From contig CALEHW010000054.1 of assembly GCA_937877715.1 (NCBI GenBank), forward strand, positions 982-64,981: a stretch of 64,000 bases of DNA. Direction: 5' to 3'. The position numbers and the translations under genes are program-made. A model generated the notes under the pieces. The model ran no database searches, was not told the origin of the DNA, and was given only the letters and a program-made list of their open reading frames with translations. Below, piece by piece: positions 9,425 to 17,232 of this stretch (positions within the stretch are counted from its first letter, which is position 1; each line of letters opens with the position of its first letter). This DNA comes from an uncultured Methylophaga sp. (lineage in GTDB: Bacteria; Pseudomonadota; Gammaproteobacteria; GCF-002020875).

Positions 9425-9555
9425 AGCAGCAAGCTGCTCCATCATCTTGAAAGGCTCCGCTCCGCTGCGCCTATCAAGACGCTGGAGCAGAAATCTCCCT
9501 AATACCGGTTACGAGCAAGCTCGAACCGGATTAGAAAGATTCTGCTCAGCTCACC
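9416..9555. repeat. Inverted-repeat-bounded element: GGTGAGCTGAGCAG at 9416-9429 and CTGCTCAGCTCACC at 9542-9555
   Basis: A perfect 14-bp inverted repeat about 112 bp apart encloses further short hairpins, including GAGCAGCaaGCTGCTC. It is MITE-like or could form a long stem-loop RNA. Confidence 0.5.
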
Positions 9556-9581
9556 GTTAGTTGTAAAAAAAGAGATCGCAC

Positions 9582-10211
9582 ATGGATACAAATGAGATAG
9601 TTTACGTTCTAGCCAATTCTGCAATGCCAGATATAGTCAAAATTGGAAAAACGACACAAGCTGATGTAAAAACAAGAATGAATCAGCTATACACAACAGG
9701 TGTCCCGGTTCCATTTGAGTGCGTATTTGCAATTGAGGTCACAGACTGTTCAAAAGTAGAGTCTGCGTTACATATAGTATTTGGGCCAAACAGAATTAAC
9801 CCTAACCGAGAGTTTTTCAAAATAGACTCTGAACAGGCAATTGCCATTTTAAAATTACTTGGTCAAAAAGATGTTACCCCACAGGTAAGTGCAGAACTAA
9901 ATAGCAATGTATCCCAAGCAGAAAAAGATTCAGGTAAAAAACTAAAGAAAAGACCCAACATGGACTTTCTGGAAATGAACATTCCAGAAGGTTCCGAATT
10001 ATTATTTGAAGATGGTGCAACCACTGTAAAAGTGAAAGACAATAAAAAAGTTATCTACAATGAAGAGATAATGACGTTAACTGCAGCAACAAGAAAAGTA
10101 ATGGCTATTGATTACTCTGTACAACCCTCACCGCACTGGACGTTTAATGGAAAGCTCTTAAAAGATATATACAATGAAACCTATAGTAAAATAAAGGGGG
10201 TCAGTAAATAG
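9582..10211 (+). CDS. T5orf172 (MUG113)-type GIY-YIG nuclease family protein, stand-alone
   Basis: The N-terminal motif is IVYVLANSAMPDIVKIGKT...RMNQLYTTGVPVPFECVFAIEV...ALHIVF...NREFFKI. The gene is markedly AT-rich (about 38% GC) compared with its neighbours. Confidence 0.65.
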   Translation: MDTNEIVYVLANSAMPDIVKIGKTTQADVKTRMNQLYTTGVPVPFECVFAIEVTDCSKVESALHIVFGPNRINPNREFFKIDSEQAIAILKLLGQKDVTPQVSAELNSNVSQAEKDSGKKLKKRPNMDFLEMNIPEGSELLFEDGATTVKVKDNKKVIYNEEIMTLTAATRKVMAIDYSVQPSPHWTFNGKLLKDIYNETYSKIKGVSK

Positions 10212-10332
10212 TAAATAAAGGGGGTCAGGTCTTTATTTTTGCACTAGACTGACCAATCATTTACTGACAGCTCTGGGCCGAACTCGGCGGTTGCCACTTG
10301 CAGTTTGATCGGCAGCAATGGGTGTGGGGGAT

Positions 10333-10364
10333 GTAAGAAGAAAAAAGCCCCGCTTGTGCGGGCC
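10333..10364 (-). terminator. Intrinsic terminator of rpiA
   Basis: The minus strand reads GGCCCGC ACAA GCGGGGC followed by TTTTTTCTTCTT. It lies about 40 nt downstream of the rpiA stop. Confidence 0.65.
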
Positions 10365-10400
10365 TTGATCATTAACTGCTGGTTGGGTTTTTACATGCTG

Positions 10401-11063
10401 TTACGGCTCAATAGCCCTGACCCCATTTGGTGTTCCCAGCAGCAGTACATCTGCAGGACGCATTGCAAAGAGTCCGTTGGTGACTACCCCAACAATATTG
10501 TTGAGCTTCTGTTCGATTACCGTGGGCTCCATAATCTTGAGGTTGCGGACATCGAGGATGATGTTGCCGTTGTCGGTGGTGAAACCATCTCGCAGTATCG
10601 GCTGTCCCCCAATCTGCTTGATTATCTCACGGGCAACATAGCTCTGTGCCATCGGGATCACCTCAACCGGTAGCGGGAAATCACCCATCACATCGACCAG
10701 TTTGCTCTCGTCTGCGATACAGACAAACTTGTCTGCAACTGCAGCTACGATCTTTTCACGGGTTAGTGCGCCGCCACCGCCTTTGATCAGGTGCAACTGA
10801 CTGTTGGACTCATCGGCACCATCCACATAGATGGACATGTTGCTGACAGAGTTTAGATTCAGCACCTCAATGCCGTGTCCGCGCAGTCGCTCGGCAGTCG
10901 CCTCCGAGCTGGCTACCGCCCCCTTGACTTGGTTTTTGATAGTGGCCAATGCATCAATGAAGAAGTTGGCAGTGGAGCCGGTTCCAACACCAATAATCTC
11001 TCCGGGCACCACATGCTCCAGTGCGGCCTCGGCAACGGCTTTTTTCATCTCATCCTGAGTCAT
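10401..11063 (-). CDS. rpiA: Ribose-5-phosphate isomerase A
   Basis: Collinear with E. coli RpiA from [10 protein letters not shown] (E. coli MTQDELKKAV), with GVGTGST, VDGADE and [12 protein letters not shown] trimmed the start from the ORF-track 11138 to 11063. Confidence 0.9.
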   Translation of the reverse strand: MTQDEMKKAVAEAALEHVVPGEIIGVGTGSTANFFIDALATIKNQVKGAVASSEATAERLRGHGIEVLNLNSVSNMSIYVDGADESNSQLHLIKGGGGALTREKIVAAVADKFVCIADESKLVDVMGDFPLPVEVIPMAQSYVAREIIKQIGGQPILRDGFTTDNGNIILDVRNLKIMEPTVIEQKLNNIVGVVTNGLFAMRPADVLLLGTPNGVRAIEP

Positions 11064-11136
11064 CTTCTCTTTCTCCATATTCGGTTTTATGTAATGTCTC
11101 TTTGCGGTCTGGTTTTGTATAAGTATACTGTGAGCC

Positions 11137-12648
11137 ATGCCAAAAAAATATATTGAAAGAATACTTAAGGCGCGAGTCTACGATGTTGCGCGGGAGACTC
11201 CACTGGAGGAGGCTCAAGGCCTCTCTGAGCGCCTGGGCAACAACGTGTTGATCAAGAGGGAGGATCTGCAGCCTGTCTTCTCATTTAAGCTGCGTGGCGC
11301 CTACAATAAGATGGCTAGCCTCAGTCAGGAGGAGTTAAGTCGTGGGGTGATCGCGGCCTCTGCTGGAAACCATGCTCAGGGGGTGGCCCTCTCTGCCAGG
11401 CAAATGGGAGTCAAGGCGACAATCGTAATGCCCAAGACCACACCGGAGATCAAGGTGCAGGCGGTACGTAAGTATGGGGCCAAGGCGGTGCTGTTTGGTG
11501 ACACCTATGATGATGCCTACCAGAAGGCACTGGAGCTCTCTGAGGAGAGGGGCCTGACACTGGTCCACCCCTATGATGATCCTGAGGTTATTGCTGGGCA
11601 GGGGACCATTGCGATGGAGATCCTGCGCCAACATGAGGGCAGGATTGATGCGGTCTTCATCCCCGTTGGTGGCGGTGGGCTGATTGCGGGGATGGCAGTT
11701 TATCTGAAATATCTCTACCCGGAGATTCGTGTGGTGGGCGTCGAGCCGGAGGATGCGCCGACACTGCATGATGCACTAAAGAGGGGGCGAAGAGTGGTGT
11801 TGGACCAGGTTGGCATTTTTGCCGATGGGGTGGCAGTAAAGCAGATTGGCAAGGAGACCTTCAGGCTGGCGCGTAAGTTGGTAGATGAGGTTATTCTGGT
11901 CAGCTCTGATGAGATCTGTGCTGCAATCAAGGATATCTTCGATGATACCCGCTCCATTACCGAGCCTGCTGGGGCCCTAGCTGTTGCGGGAATGAAAAAA
12001 TATGTTGAGCGTGGGGGGGTGGAGCAGCAGACTCTCATTGCTGTAGATAGTGGCGCCAATATCAACTTTGATCGCCTGCGTCATGTGGCTGAGCGGGCAG
12101 AGCTGGGTGAGCGCAAGGAGGCGGTGCTTGCGGTGACTATTCCGGAGCGGCCAGGGAGCTTCAAGAAGTTCTGCAAGCTGTTGGGCAAGCGACAGATTAC
12201 CGAGTTCAATTATCGCTATGCAGACCAGGCAAGTGCTCATATCTTTGTTGGTATTCAGCTGGGTGGTGGAGAGAGTGGGGATGATCTGGTCAAGCGCTTG
12301 CGGAGTAGAGGGTATCCGGTTGAGGATCTGTCAGATAATGAGGTAGCCAAGGTCCATGTGCGTTATATGGTGGGTGGACGCCGGTCAGGAATAGAGAACG
12401 AGATCCTCTACCGCTTTGAGTTTCCGGAGCGCCCCGGGGCACTGTTGCAGTTTTTAACTAACTTGGGACGTAACTGGAATATCAGTCTGTTCCACTACAG
12501 AAACCACGGTGCAGCCTATGGGCGGGTGCTCTGCGGCATTCAGGTGCCGGTCAGTGAGCGTGGAGATTTCCAGAACTTTCTTGACGAGCTGGGTTACCAC
12601 TACTCTGAGGAGACCGAGAACCCGGTCTATAAGCTCTTTTTGAGCTAA
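11137..12648 (+). CDS. ilvA: Threonine dehydratase, biosynthetic
   Basis: A PLP-dependent fold with [10 protein letters not shown] and two C-terminal regulatory (ACT-like) domains, 503 aa. It is divergent from rpiA, as in Pseudomonas. Confidence 0.9.
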   Translation: MPKKYIERILKARVYDVARETPLEEAQGLSERLGNNVLIKREDLQPVFSFKLRGAYNKMASLSQEELSRGVIAASAGNHAQGVALSARQMGVKATIVMPKTTPEIKVQAVRKYGAKAVLFGDTYDDAYQKALELSEERGLTLVHPYDDPEVIAGQGTIAMEILRQHEGRIDAVFIPVGGGGLIAGMAVYLKYLYPEIRVVGVEPEDAPTLHDALKRGRRVVLDQVGIFADGVAVKQIGKETFRLARKLVDEVILVSSDEICAAIKDIFDDTRSITEPAGALAVAGMKKYVERGGVEQQTLIAVDSGANINFDRLRHVAERAELGERKEAVLAVTIPERPGSFKKFCKLLGKRQITEFNYRYADQASAHIFVGIQLGGGESGDDLVKRLRSRGYPVEDLSDNEVAKVHVRYMVGGRRSGIENEILYRFEFPERPGALLQFLTNLGRNWNISLFHYRNHGAAYGRVLCGIQVPVSERGDFQNFLDELGYHYSEETENPVYKLFLS

Positions 12649-12671
12649 GAATTAGGGCAGCTGTTTTAAGA

Positions 12672-12956
12672 TTACCTGTCTCTGCGTAACAGAAACAGGA
12701 ACAGCAGTAGTGCAATCAGTCCGACAAGACCCTGATTTCCACCGGTAGAGACGGCCGCTACCCCGTTGGCTGCAGGCTCACTGCCACCGGTTGCCAGTTG
12801 AACAACATCAATAAGATTCCCGATAATTCCGGTTGTGCCGGGAAAAAGAATATCGATAATAATAAATGTAATTATGAGTATAACCCCAAAGTCAGCTAGT
12901 ATTTTTAGCCATGAGGTTGCGCGACCGATAATCTCTTTTATTGATGTTGAGTACAT
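12672..12956 (-). CDS. Small hydrophobic membrane protein (94 aa), paralog of the 13095-13316 gene; the C-terminus reads GG, then a transmembrane helix, then RRDR
   Basis: Two predicted transmembrane segments with a glycine-zipper-like GxxxG region. It aligns with the neighbouring 73-aa ORF (DILFPGTTGIIGNLIDVV against EVVFGAGALGMPGIVGGIGNVV; GLVGLIALLLFLFLLRR against GLITLIVLAALLNR). I see no Shine-Dalgarno sequence upstream. Confidence 0.45.
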   Translation of the reverse strand: MYSTSIKEIIGRATSWLKILADFGVILIITFIIIDILFPGTTGIIGNLIDVVQLATGGSEPAANGVAAVSTGGNQGLVGLIALLLFLFLLRRDR

Positions 12957-12978
12957 TATTTAATTAATTCCGTTTTTT

Positions 12979-13014
12979 TAAGAGGGAAGAAAACCTGTCC
13001 CCCTTAATAGGGGG
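12979..13014 (-). terminator. Intrinsic terminator between the two small paralog genes
   Basis: The minus strand reads CCCCCT ATTA AGGGGG followed by ACAGGTTTTCTTCCCTCTT. A second GC hairpin, CCCCCTCC TA GGAGGGGG, sits at 13059-13076. Confidence 0.55.
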
Positions 13015-13094
13015 TTATATTCCCCATCCACTAATATCAGATGGAGAGATTATTAACACCCCCTCCTAGGAGGGGGATGTCTACTTAAAGATGG

Positions 13095-13316
13095 TTATCT
13101 ATTAAGTAATGCTGCCAGAACAATAAGGGTGATCAATCCACTGACGCCATTGAATTGAGCAACAACATTGCCGATACCGCCCACTATTCCGGGCATTCCA
13201 AGTGCTCCTGCACCAAATACGACCTCAATCATCAGGCCAAGTCCGATCAATGACATTAATATCCCAGTCAGTCCGCGTACAACACCACCTATGGTAGAAA
13301 ATGCACTATCAAACAT
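13095..13316 (-). CDS. Small hydrophobic membrane protein (73 aa), paralog of the 12672-12956 gene; possibly GlsB/YeaQ/YmgE-like
   Basis: Two transmembrane segments with glycine-zipper motifs. It has a strong RBS (GAGAGAGG) 5 nt upstream, and a very AT-rich promoter region lies upstream. Confidence 0.5.
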   Translation of the reverse strand: MFDSAFSTIGGVVRGLTGILMSLIGLGLMIEVVFGAGALGMPGIVGGIGNVVAQFNGVSGLITLIVLAALLNR

Positions 13317-13373
13317 ATAATAACCTCTCTCGGTAGTTAATAAAATTAAGCCTGTATTTACAGACTTGCGGCA

Positions 13374-13401
13374 ACTCTATACTACCCTGCTATTATGTCA
13401 A
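13374..13401 (-). promoter_or_regulatory. Candidate sigma70 promoter for the small membrane-protein genes: TTGACA, 16-nt spacer, TAGAGT
   Basis: On the minus strand, TTGACA at 13401-13396 and TAGAGT at 13379-13374. They sit within a 220-bp stretch of about 25% GC (13317-13538) that contains the direct repeat TTATATGTTT twice. Confidence 0.35.
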
Positions 13402-13538
13402 TGATATTATAATTAATATTGTCTATCTCTAATCAATTAAATTTAAATAAGCTAGAGCTTATATGTTTGGTATTAGTTAAATAAGGTAATATTTATATGT
13501 TTATACGCCATATAAAATATAGGTATTCGGGGCATGAG

Positions 13539-14126
13539 TTATTTAAAAATAGTAACACCATTTTCAGTTACTACCCCATCCAGTGGAATATCCCAAGACT
13601 CTCTATTTAGTTGTTTGACCTCCTGAAAGGCGTGAGCTACTCCCAGTAGGAATGGACGCCTGCGATTATTTGAGTGTTTCGGGTGTGAGAAGGTGCGATC
13701 ATAGTACCCACCACCCATGCCGACACGTGATCCTCGGCTGTCAAATGCAACAAGCGGGGTCAGCACCAGATCCAGGGTCCAGACAGGGACGGGTTTCGGC
13801 GGAAACAGTCCCGGTTCCGGAATACCGTATTGGTTGATCATCAGCATACTATCCTCGTACAGAGGCGCAAACCAGAGCCTGTTGCCATGGAGTCTGTTGA
13901 GTACGGGTAGAAAACATTTACGCCCATCATGGATGGCACGGTCAATAATCAGTTCAGGATCCTGTTCACCATCACTGGCAATAAAACCGGCAATTCTACG
14001 GCTACGCTGAAATAGTGGATGGATAACAATATGACCAAAAATCTGTTCAGCATGTAACTGACGTATAGATTCTGGCAGAGCGTGCCTCTTCGCTCGTATC
14101 CTGCTGCGAAGATGAGAGCTTATCAT
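13539..14126 (-). CDS. ygfA: 5-formyltetrahydrofolate cyclo-ligase
   Basis: The GMGGGYYDRT motif is present. It lies immediately downstream of 6S RNA, matching the E. coli and Pseudomonas synteny. Confidence 0.85.
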   Translation of the reverse strand: MISSHLRSRIRAKRHALPESIRQLHAEQIFGHIVIHPLFQRSRRIAGFIASDGEQDPELIIDRAIHDGRKCFLPVLNRLHGNRLWFAPLYEDSMLMINQYGIPEPGLFPPKPVPVWTLDLVLTPLVAFDSRGSRVGMGGGYYDRTFSHPKHSNNRRRPFLLGVAHAFQEVKQLNRESWDIPLDGVVTENGVTIFK

Positions 14127-14141
14127 GAGGTGGAGATAAGA

Positions 14142-14338
14142 GGAGTGGTGCCTACCATATGTACCGGCCGGATCTGCGTCCCTGAACCAGAAAGTTCAAG
14201 GTGGGGGGCCTGAACTGAAGGGTTAGGCTTTCCGATAAACGGACCTGCACACGCCTCCAATGAGTTCGGCTCCCAGGGTCGTGAGTTAAGGATCAAGGAT
14301 CGAGTCCCGGTGATCAAATACCACAGTAGGCACCAAAG
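14142..14338 (-). ncRNA. ssrS: 6S RNA (SsrS)
   Basis: It sits between zapA and ygfA, which is the conserved location. The minus strand contains CACCTTGAACTTTCTGGTTCAGGG, comparable to E. coli CACCUUGAACCAAGGGUUCAAGGG. A 5'/3' closing stem is present (GGTGCCTACTGTGG pairing with ATGGTAGGCACC). The ends are approximate. Confidence 0.7.
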
Positions 14339-14372
14339 TCTATGGGTATATAAGCTACACCTGTTCGCGCAA

Positions 14373-14687
14373 TTATTCAAGCTCCAATTGACGACCATGG
14401 TGCAGAGCAGCCTCTACATTTTCTCTTAGTCGTGTCAGCTCATCAGCAATAGATCCATCACCCTGCTGCTGATTGGTGCGGCAGTGGACCAACTCGTTTG
14501 CAATATTGAGCGCAGCCATGATGGCGATACGGTCCTGACCAACACTTTTGCCCTGTTGTCGAATCTCCCGCATCTTCTCGTCCACAAGAGAGGCGGATTC
14601 GATAAGTGACGCCTGTTCATCGGCAGGACAGGAGACCTTGTACTCCTTCTGCAGGATGGTAATGGTGACTGGACTGTTCTGGCTCAC
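14373..14687 (-). CDS. zapA: Cell division protein ZapA
   Basis: 104 aa with VTITILQKEYKVSCP and a coiled-coil C-terminus. It lies upstream of ssrS. Confidence 0.8.
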   Translation of the reverse strand: MSQNSPVTITILQKEYKVSCPADEQASLIESASLVDEKMREIRQQGKSVGQDRIAIMAALNIANELVHCRTNQQQGDGSIADELTRLRENVEAALHHGRQLELE

Positions 14688-14932
14688 GACTGTTTCTCCA
14701 GGATGCGGACTGACGAGAGTACAGACTGTACCTTCTTGATAGCAAGTTTGTTCTTCTTCCTGAACTGATCACGTTCACCGATTACATCCTGTACCTTCCC
14801 TCGAAGTTCCCTGTTCTCACTACGGAGGGTATCGCAGAGGCCAATCAGCTCATCGATGCGCTGCTCCAGCTTGTTAATGGCAGGCCCCAACTGGGTGCTG
14901 GCTGACTGTTTTTTAGGAGTTTTTCTGCTCAT
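14684..14932 (-). CDS. Small coiled-coil protein (TIGR02449/ZapB-like), co-transcribed with zapA
   Basis: An 82-aa heptad-rich sequence. It overlaps the zapA start by 4 nt. Its position matches the Pseudomonas locus. Confidence 0.5.
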   Translation of the reverse strand: MSRKTPKKQSASTQLGPAINKLEQRIDELIGLCDTLRSENRELRGKVQDVIGERDQFRKKNKLAIKKVQSVLSSVRILEKQS

Positions 14933-15025
14933 GTTGTGGTGACTATAGAGCGATCGCCAATTTTCTTCAACCAGGATTGTCTCATCGATAGTTGCGCAGT
15001 TCTCTGGATCTGAGAGAATGGGCAG

Positions 15026-15583
15026 ATGCAGAAGATAGAATATAGTGAAGTTAATAGTGCGTTACGTCGTCTGTCACTTACCATGGATGGTGCTGAGCTA
15101 CAGGGGGCGTTTTGTGGTCGTCTGGTCTCTGGGGCCGGGCCTGACGAGAGTGACTGGCTTCAGGAGCTGGTTGGAGAGAGAGACGAGGCAAACTTGCAAG
15201 CGCGTGAGGATGTAACCCTGCTGGCCAGGGTGTTTGGTGAGGTAGTGCGACAGTTGAATGATGCTGAGCTCAAATTCAATCTGCTACTGCCGGAAGATGA
15301 GTCGCTGCCTGTGCGTACGGAGGCCTTAGCGGCATGGTGTGAGGGGTTCCTCTATGGGTATGGAATTGCAGCAGCAGATGGTGCCACGACCAGGAGTGAG
15401 GTGGAGCGAGAGTTTCTCTATGACCTTATGGAGATTTCACGGGCCGGTTTCTCGCAGCAGGAGGTCGGTGAAGAGGATGAGATGGATTTCCTCCAGCTGG
15501 TAGAGCATCTGCGTATTGGCACCATGTTGCTCCATGAGGAGAGTCATCCGGTAGCCCCATCGCCAACGGATTTCGTTCACTAA
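15026..15583 (+). CDS. ygfB: UPF0149 family protein YgfB
   Basis: 185 aa with an acidic C-terminus. It is divergent from zapA and upstream of pepP, as in E. coli. Confidence 0.65.
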   Translation: MQKIEYSEVNSALRRLSLTMDGAELQGAFCGRLVSGAGPDESDWLQELVGERDEANLQAREDVTLLARVFGEVVRQLNDAELKFNLLLPEDESLPVRTEALAAWCEGFLYGYGIAAADGATTRSEVEREFLYDLMEISRAGFSQQEVGEEDEMDFLQLVEHLRIGTMLLHEESHPVAPSPTDFVH

Positions 15584-15601
15584 AGGGCAGGAGCAGCAGT
15601 T

Positions 15602-16909
15602 ATGCAGCCACAGGTTTTTGCACGTCGGCGGAGAGAGTTGCTCAGGCAGATGCCACCAGATTCGGTTGCGATCCTGCCGGCAGCTCACCATCCAATTCGT
15701 AATCGTGATGTTGAGTATCCATACCATCAGGAGAGCGACTTCTACTACCTGACCGGATTTGCGGAGCCGGACGCCATTCTGGTGCTCAGAAAGAGCGGCA
15801 GAAAGGGATCATGGGGACTCTTCTGTCAGGAACGGAATCGCAAACAGGAGCAGTGGACAGGGGAGCGGTTGGGGACAAAACGGGCCATCTCCAGGATGGG
15901 TGCAGATCAGGCCTGGCCTATAGAAAGCTGGCTTGAACAACTACCGGATCTGTTGACCGGAACCCAGCAGATTTTCTTCAATCTTGGTGAGGAGAGCTCA
16001 ATAGAGCAGGGTCTGTTGAGACAGCTAAGAGAGTTCCGGCAGCGTAATCGTTCCGGGGCCGTGGTACCCCAGACCATACACCTGCTGGATCCCATGCTAC
16101 ACGAGATGCGTCTGTACAAATCACCCGCTGAGATCAGGATAATGAGGAGGGCAGCATCAGTTACGGTTGCAGCCCATCGTCGGGCCATGCGGGCCTGTAG
16201 CCCAGGGCTTGTCGAGAGTGGGCTGGAGGGTGAGATCCTCCATGAATTCTCCAGTCATGGGGTGCGGATCGTGGCCTACGACACCATTGTGGCGGGTGGC
16301 AACAACGCCTGTACGCTTCACTACATTAATAACAGTGAGAAATTGCGGGATGGTGATCTGGTGCTGGTTGATGCAGGTGCAGAGGTTGAGGGGTATGCGG
16401 CTGATGTTACCCGGACTTTTCCGGTTAATGGGAGGTTTACCACAGAGCAGCGCAAGCTCTACGAGATCGTTCTTGCTGCCCAGAGGGCTGCTATTCAACA
16501 GATACGTCCAGGACGCCGTTGGGATACGTTTCACCGGGCTGCGGTACGGGTAATCACCAGAGGACTGATTGATCTGAAGATCCTCAAGGGTGATCCGGAA
16601 CAGCTGATCAAGGATGAAAAATACAAGAAATTCTACATGCATCAGACCGGCCATTGGTTGGGTATGGATGTGCATGATGTGGGCAACTATCAACTGGATG
16701 GAAAGTGGCGGCCTCTGGAACAGGGTATGGTGTTGACGGTGGAGCCTGCTCTCTATATTCCCAAGGGAGTGAGGGGGGTGGCCAAAAAGTGGCAGGGTAT
16801 CGGAATTCGCATTGAGGATGATGTAGTGGTAACGGACAGTGGCTGTGAGGTACTTACGGCAGAGGCTCCAAGGAGCATCGAGGAGATTGAATCATTGATG
16901 GCTGGATGA
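15602..16909 (+). CDS. pepP: Xaa-Pro aminopeptidase (aminopeptidase P)
   Basis: An M24B metal-binding fold with DAGAEVEGYAADVTRTFP, HQTGHWLGMDVHD and IEDD. Confidence 0.9.
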   Translation: MQPQVFARRRRELLRQMPPDSVAILPAAHHPIRNRDVEYPYHQESDFYYLTGFAEPDAILVLRKSGRKGSWGLFCQERNRKQEQWTGERLGTKRAISRMGADQAWPIESWLEQLPDLLTGTQQIFFNLGEESSIEQGLLRQLREFRQRNRSGAVVPQTIHLLDPMLHEMRLYKSPAEIRIMRRAASVTVAAHRRAMRACSPGLVESGLEGEILHEFSSHGVRIVAYDTIVAGGNNACTLHYINNSEKLRDGDLVLVDAGAEVEGYAADVTRTFPVNGRFTTEQRKLYEIVLAAQRAAIQQIRPGRRWDTFHRAAVRVITRGLIDLKILKGDPEQLIKDEKYKKFYMHQTGHWLGMDVHDVGNYQLDGKWRPLEQGMVLTVEPALYIPKGVRGVAKKWQGIGIRIEDDVVVTDSGCEVLTAEAPRSIEEIESLMAG

Positions 16910-16984
16910 TGAATAGTATCCTGTGATTACCCAATTCTGACTGGCGATGAGCGGCAGTTACAGGTAGAATTTTCTGCTCAGTTT

Positions 16985-17178
16985 CAGATCGTGGGAGAGA
17001 CCCTGTTTTTACAGGGCGCCGAAGGCGCAACAGCCCGGAAACGCTCAGGCAAAAGGACTACGCAATCTAAATACTGGCTCTGGAGAAGATCAACAGGATC
17101 TACCGAAGGGGAAGGTGTCCACAGAAATGTGAGTTGCCCAATCTCTCAGGTTCCCGGACAGAGGGGTCTATCGCAGTT
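16985..17178 (+). ncRNA. Tandem glycine riboswitch (two aptamers) in the gcvT leader
   Basis: Aptamer 1 reads GGGAGAG...GCGCCGAAGGCGCAA...CTCAGGCAAAAGGAC. Aptamer 2 reads CTCTGGAGAAG...ACCGAAGGGGAAGG...CTCTCAGGTTCCCGGACAGAGG. No terminator follows, so it is most likely a translational ON switch. Confidence 0.85.
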
Positions 17179-17232
17179 GTGCGCGATCATGTGTGCAGCT
17201 ATGTGAGTACAGATCAGGAGCCGGAGCAGTAT

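Noticed and set aside
9214-9432. 72-aa ORF on the minus strand in the intergenic region after the large oxidoreductase gene
   Set aside because: It spans the REP-like repeat and AT-rich spacer and has no RBS or motifs. It is most likely non-coding.
10401-11138. Long N-terminal extensions implied by the ORF-track starts for rpiA, and similarly for gcvT (17134), gcvPA (18717), dapA (25612), ettA (36249), ribBA (40032), ribH (41232), xseB (48841), parC (51280) and the JAMM gene (54255)
   Set aside because: Alignment with E. coli/Pseudomonas N-termini, RBS placement and avoidance of overlap with riboswitches or upstream genes all support the shorter internal starts I used.
14123-14398. 91-aa ORF on the minus strand
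   Set aside because: It lies entirely within the 6S RNA gene and the zapA/ygfA junction and is spurious.
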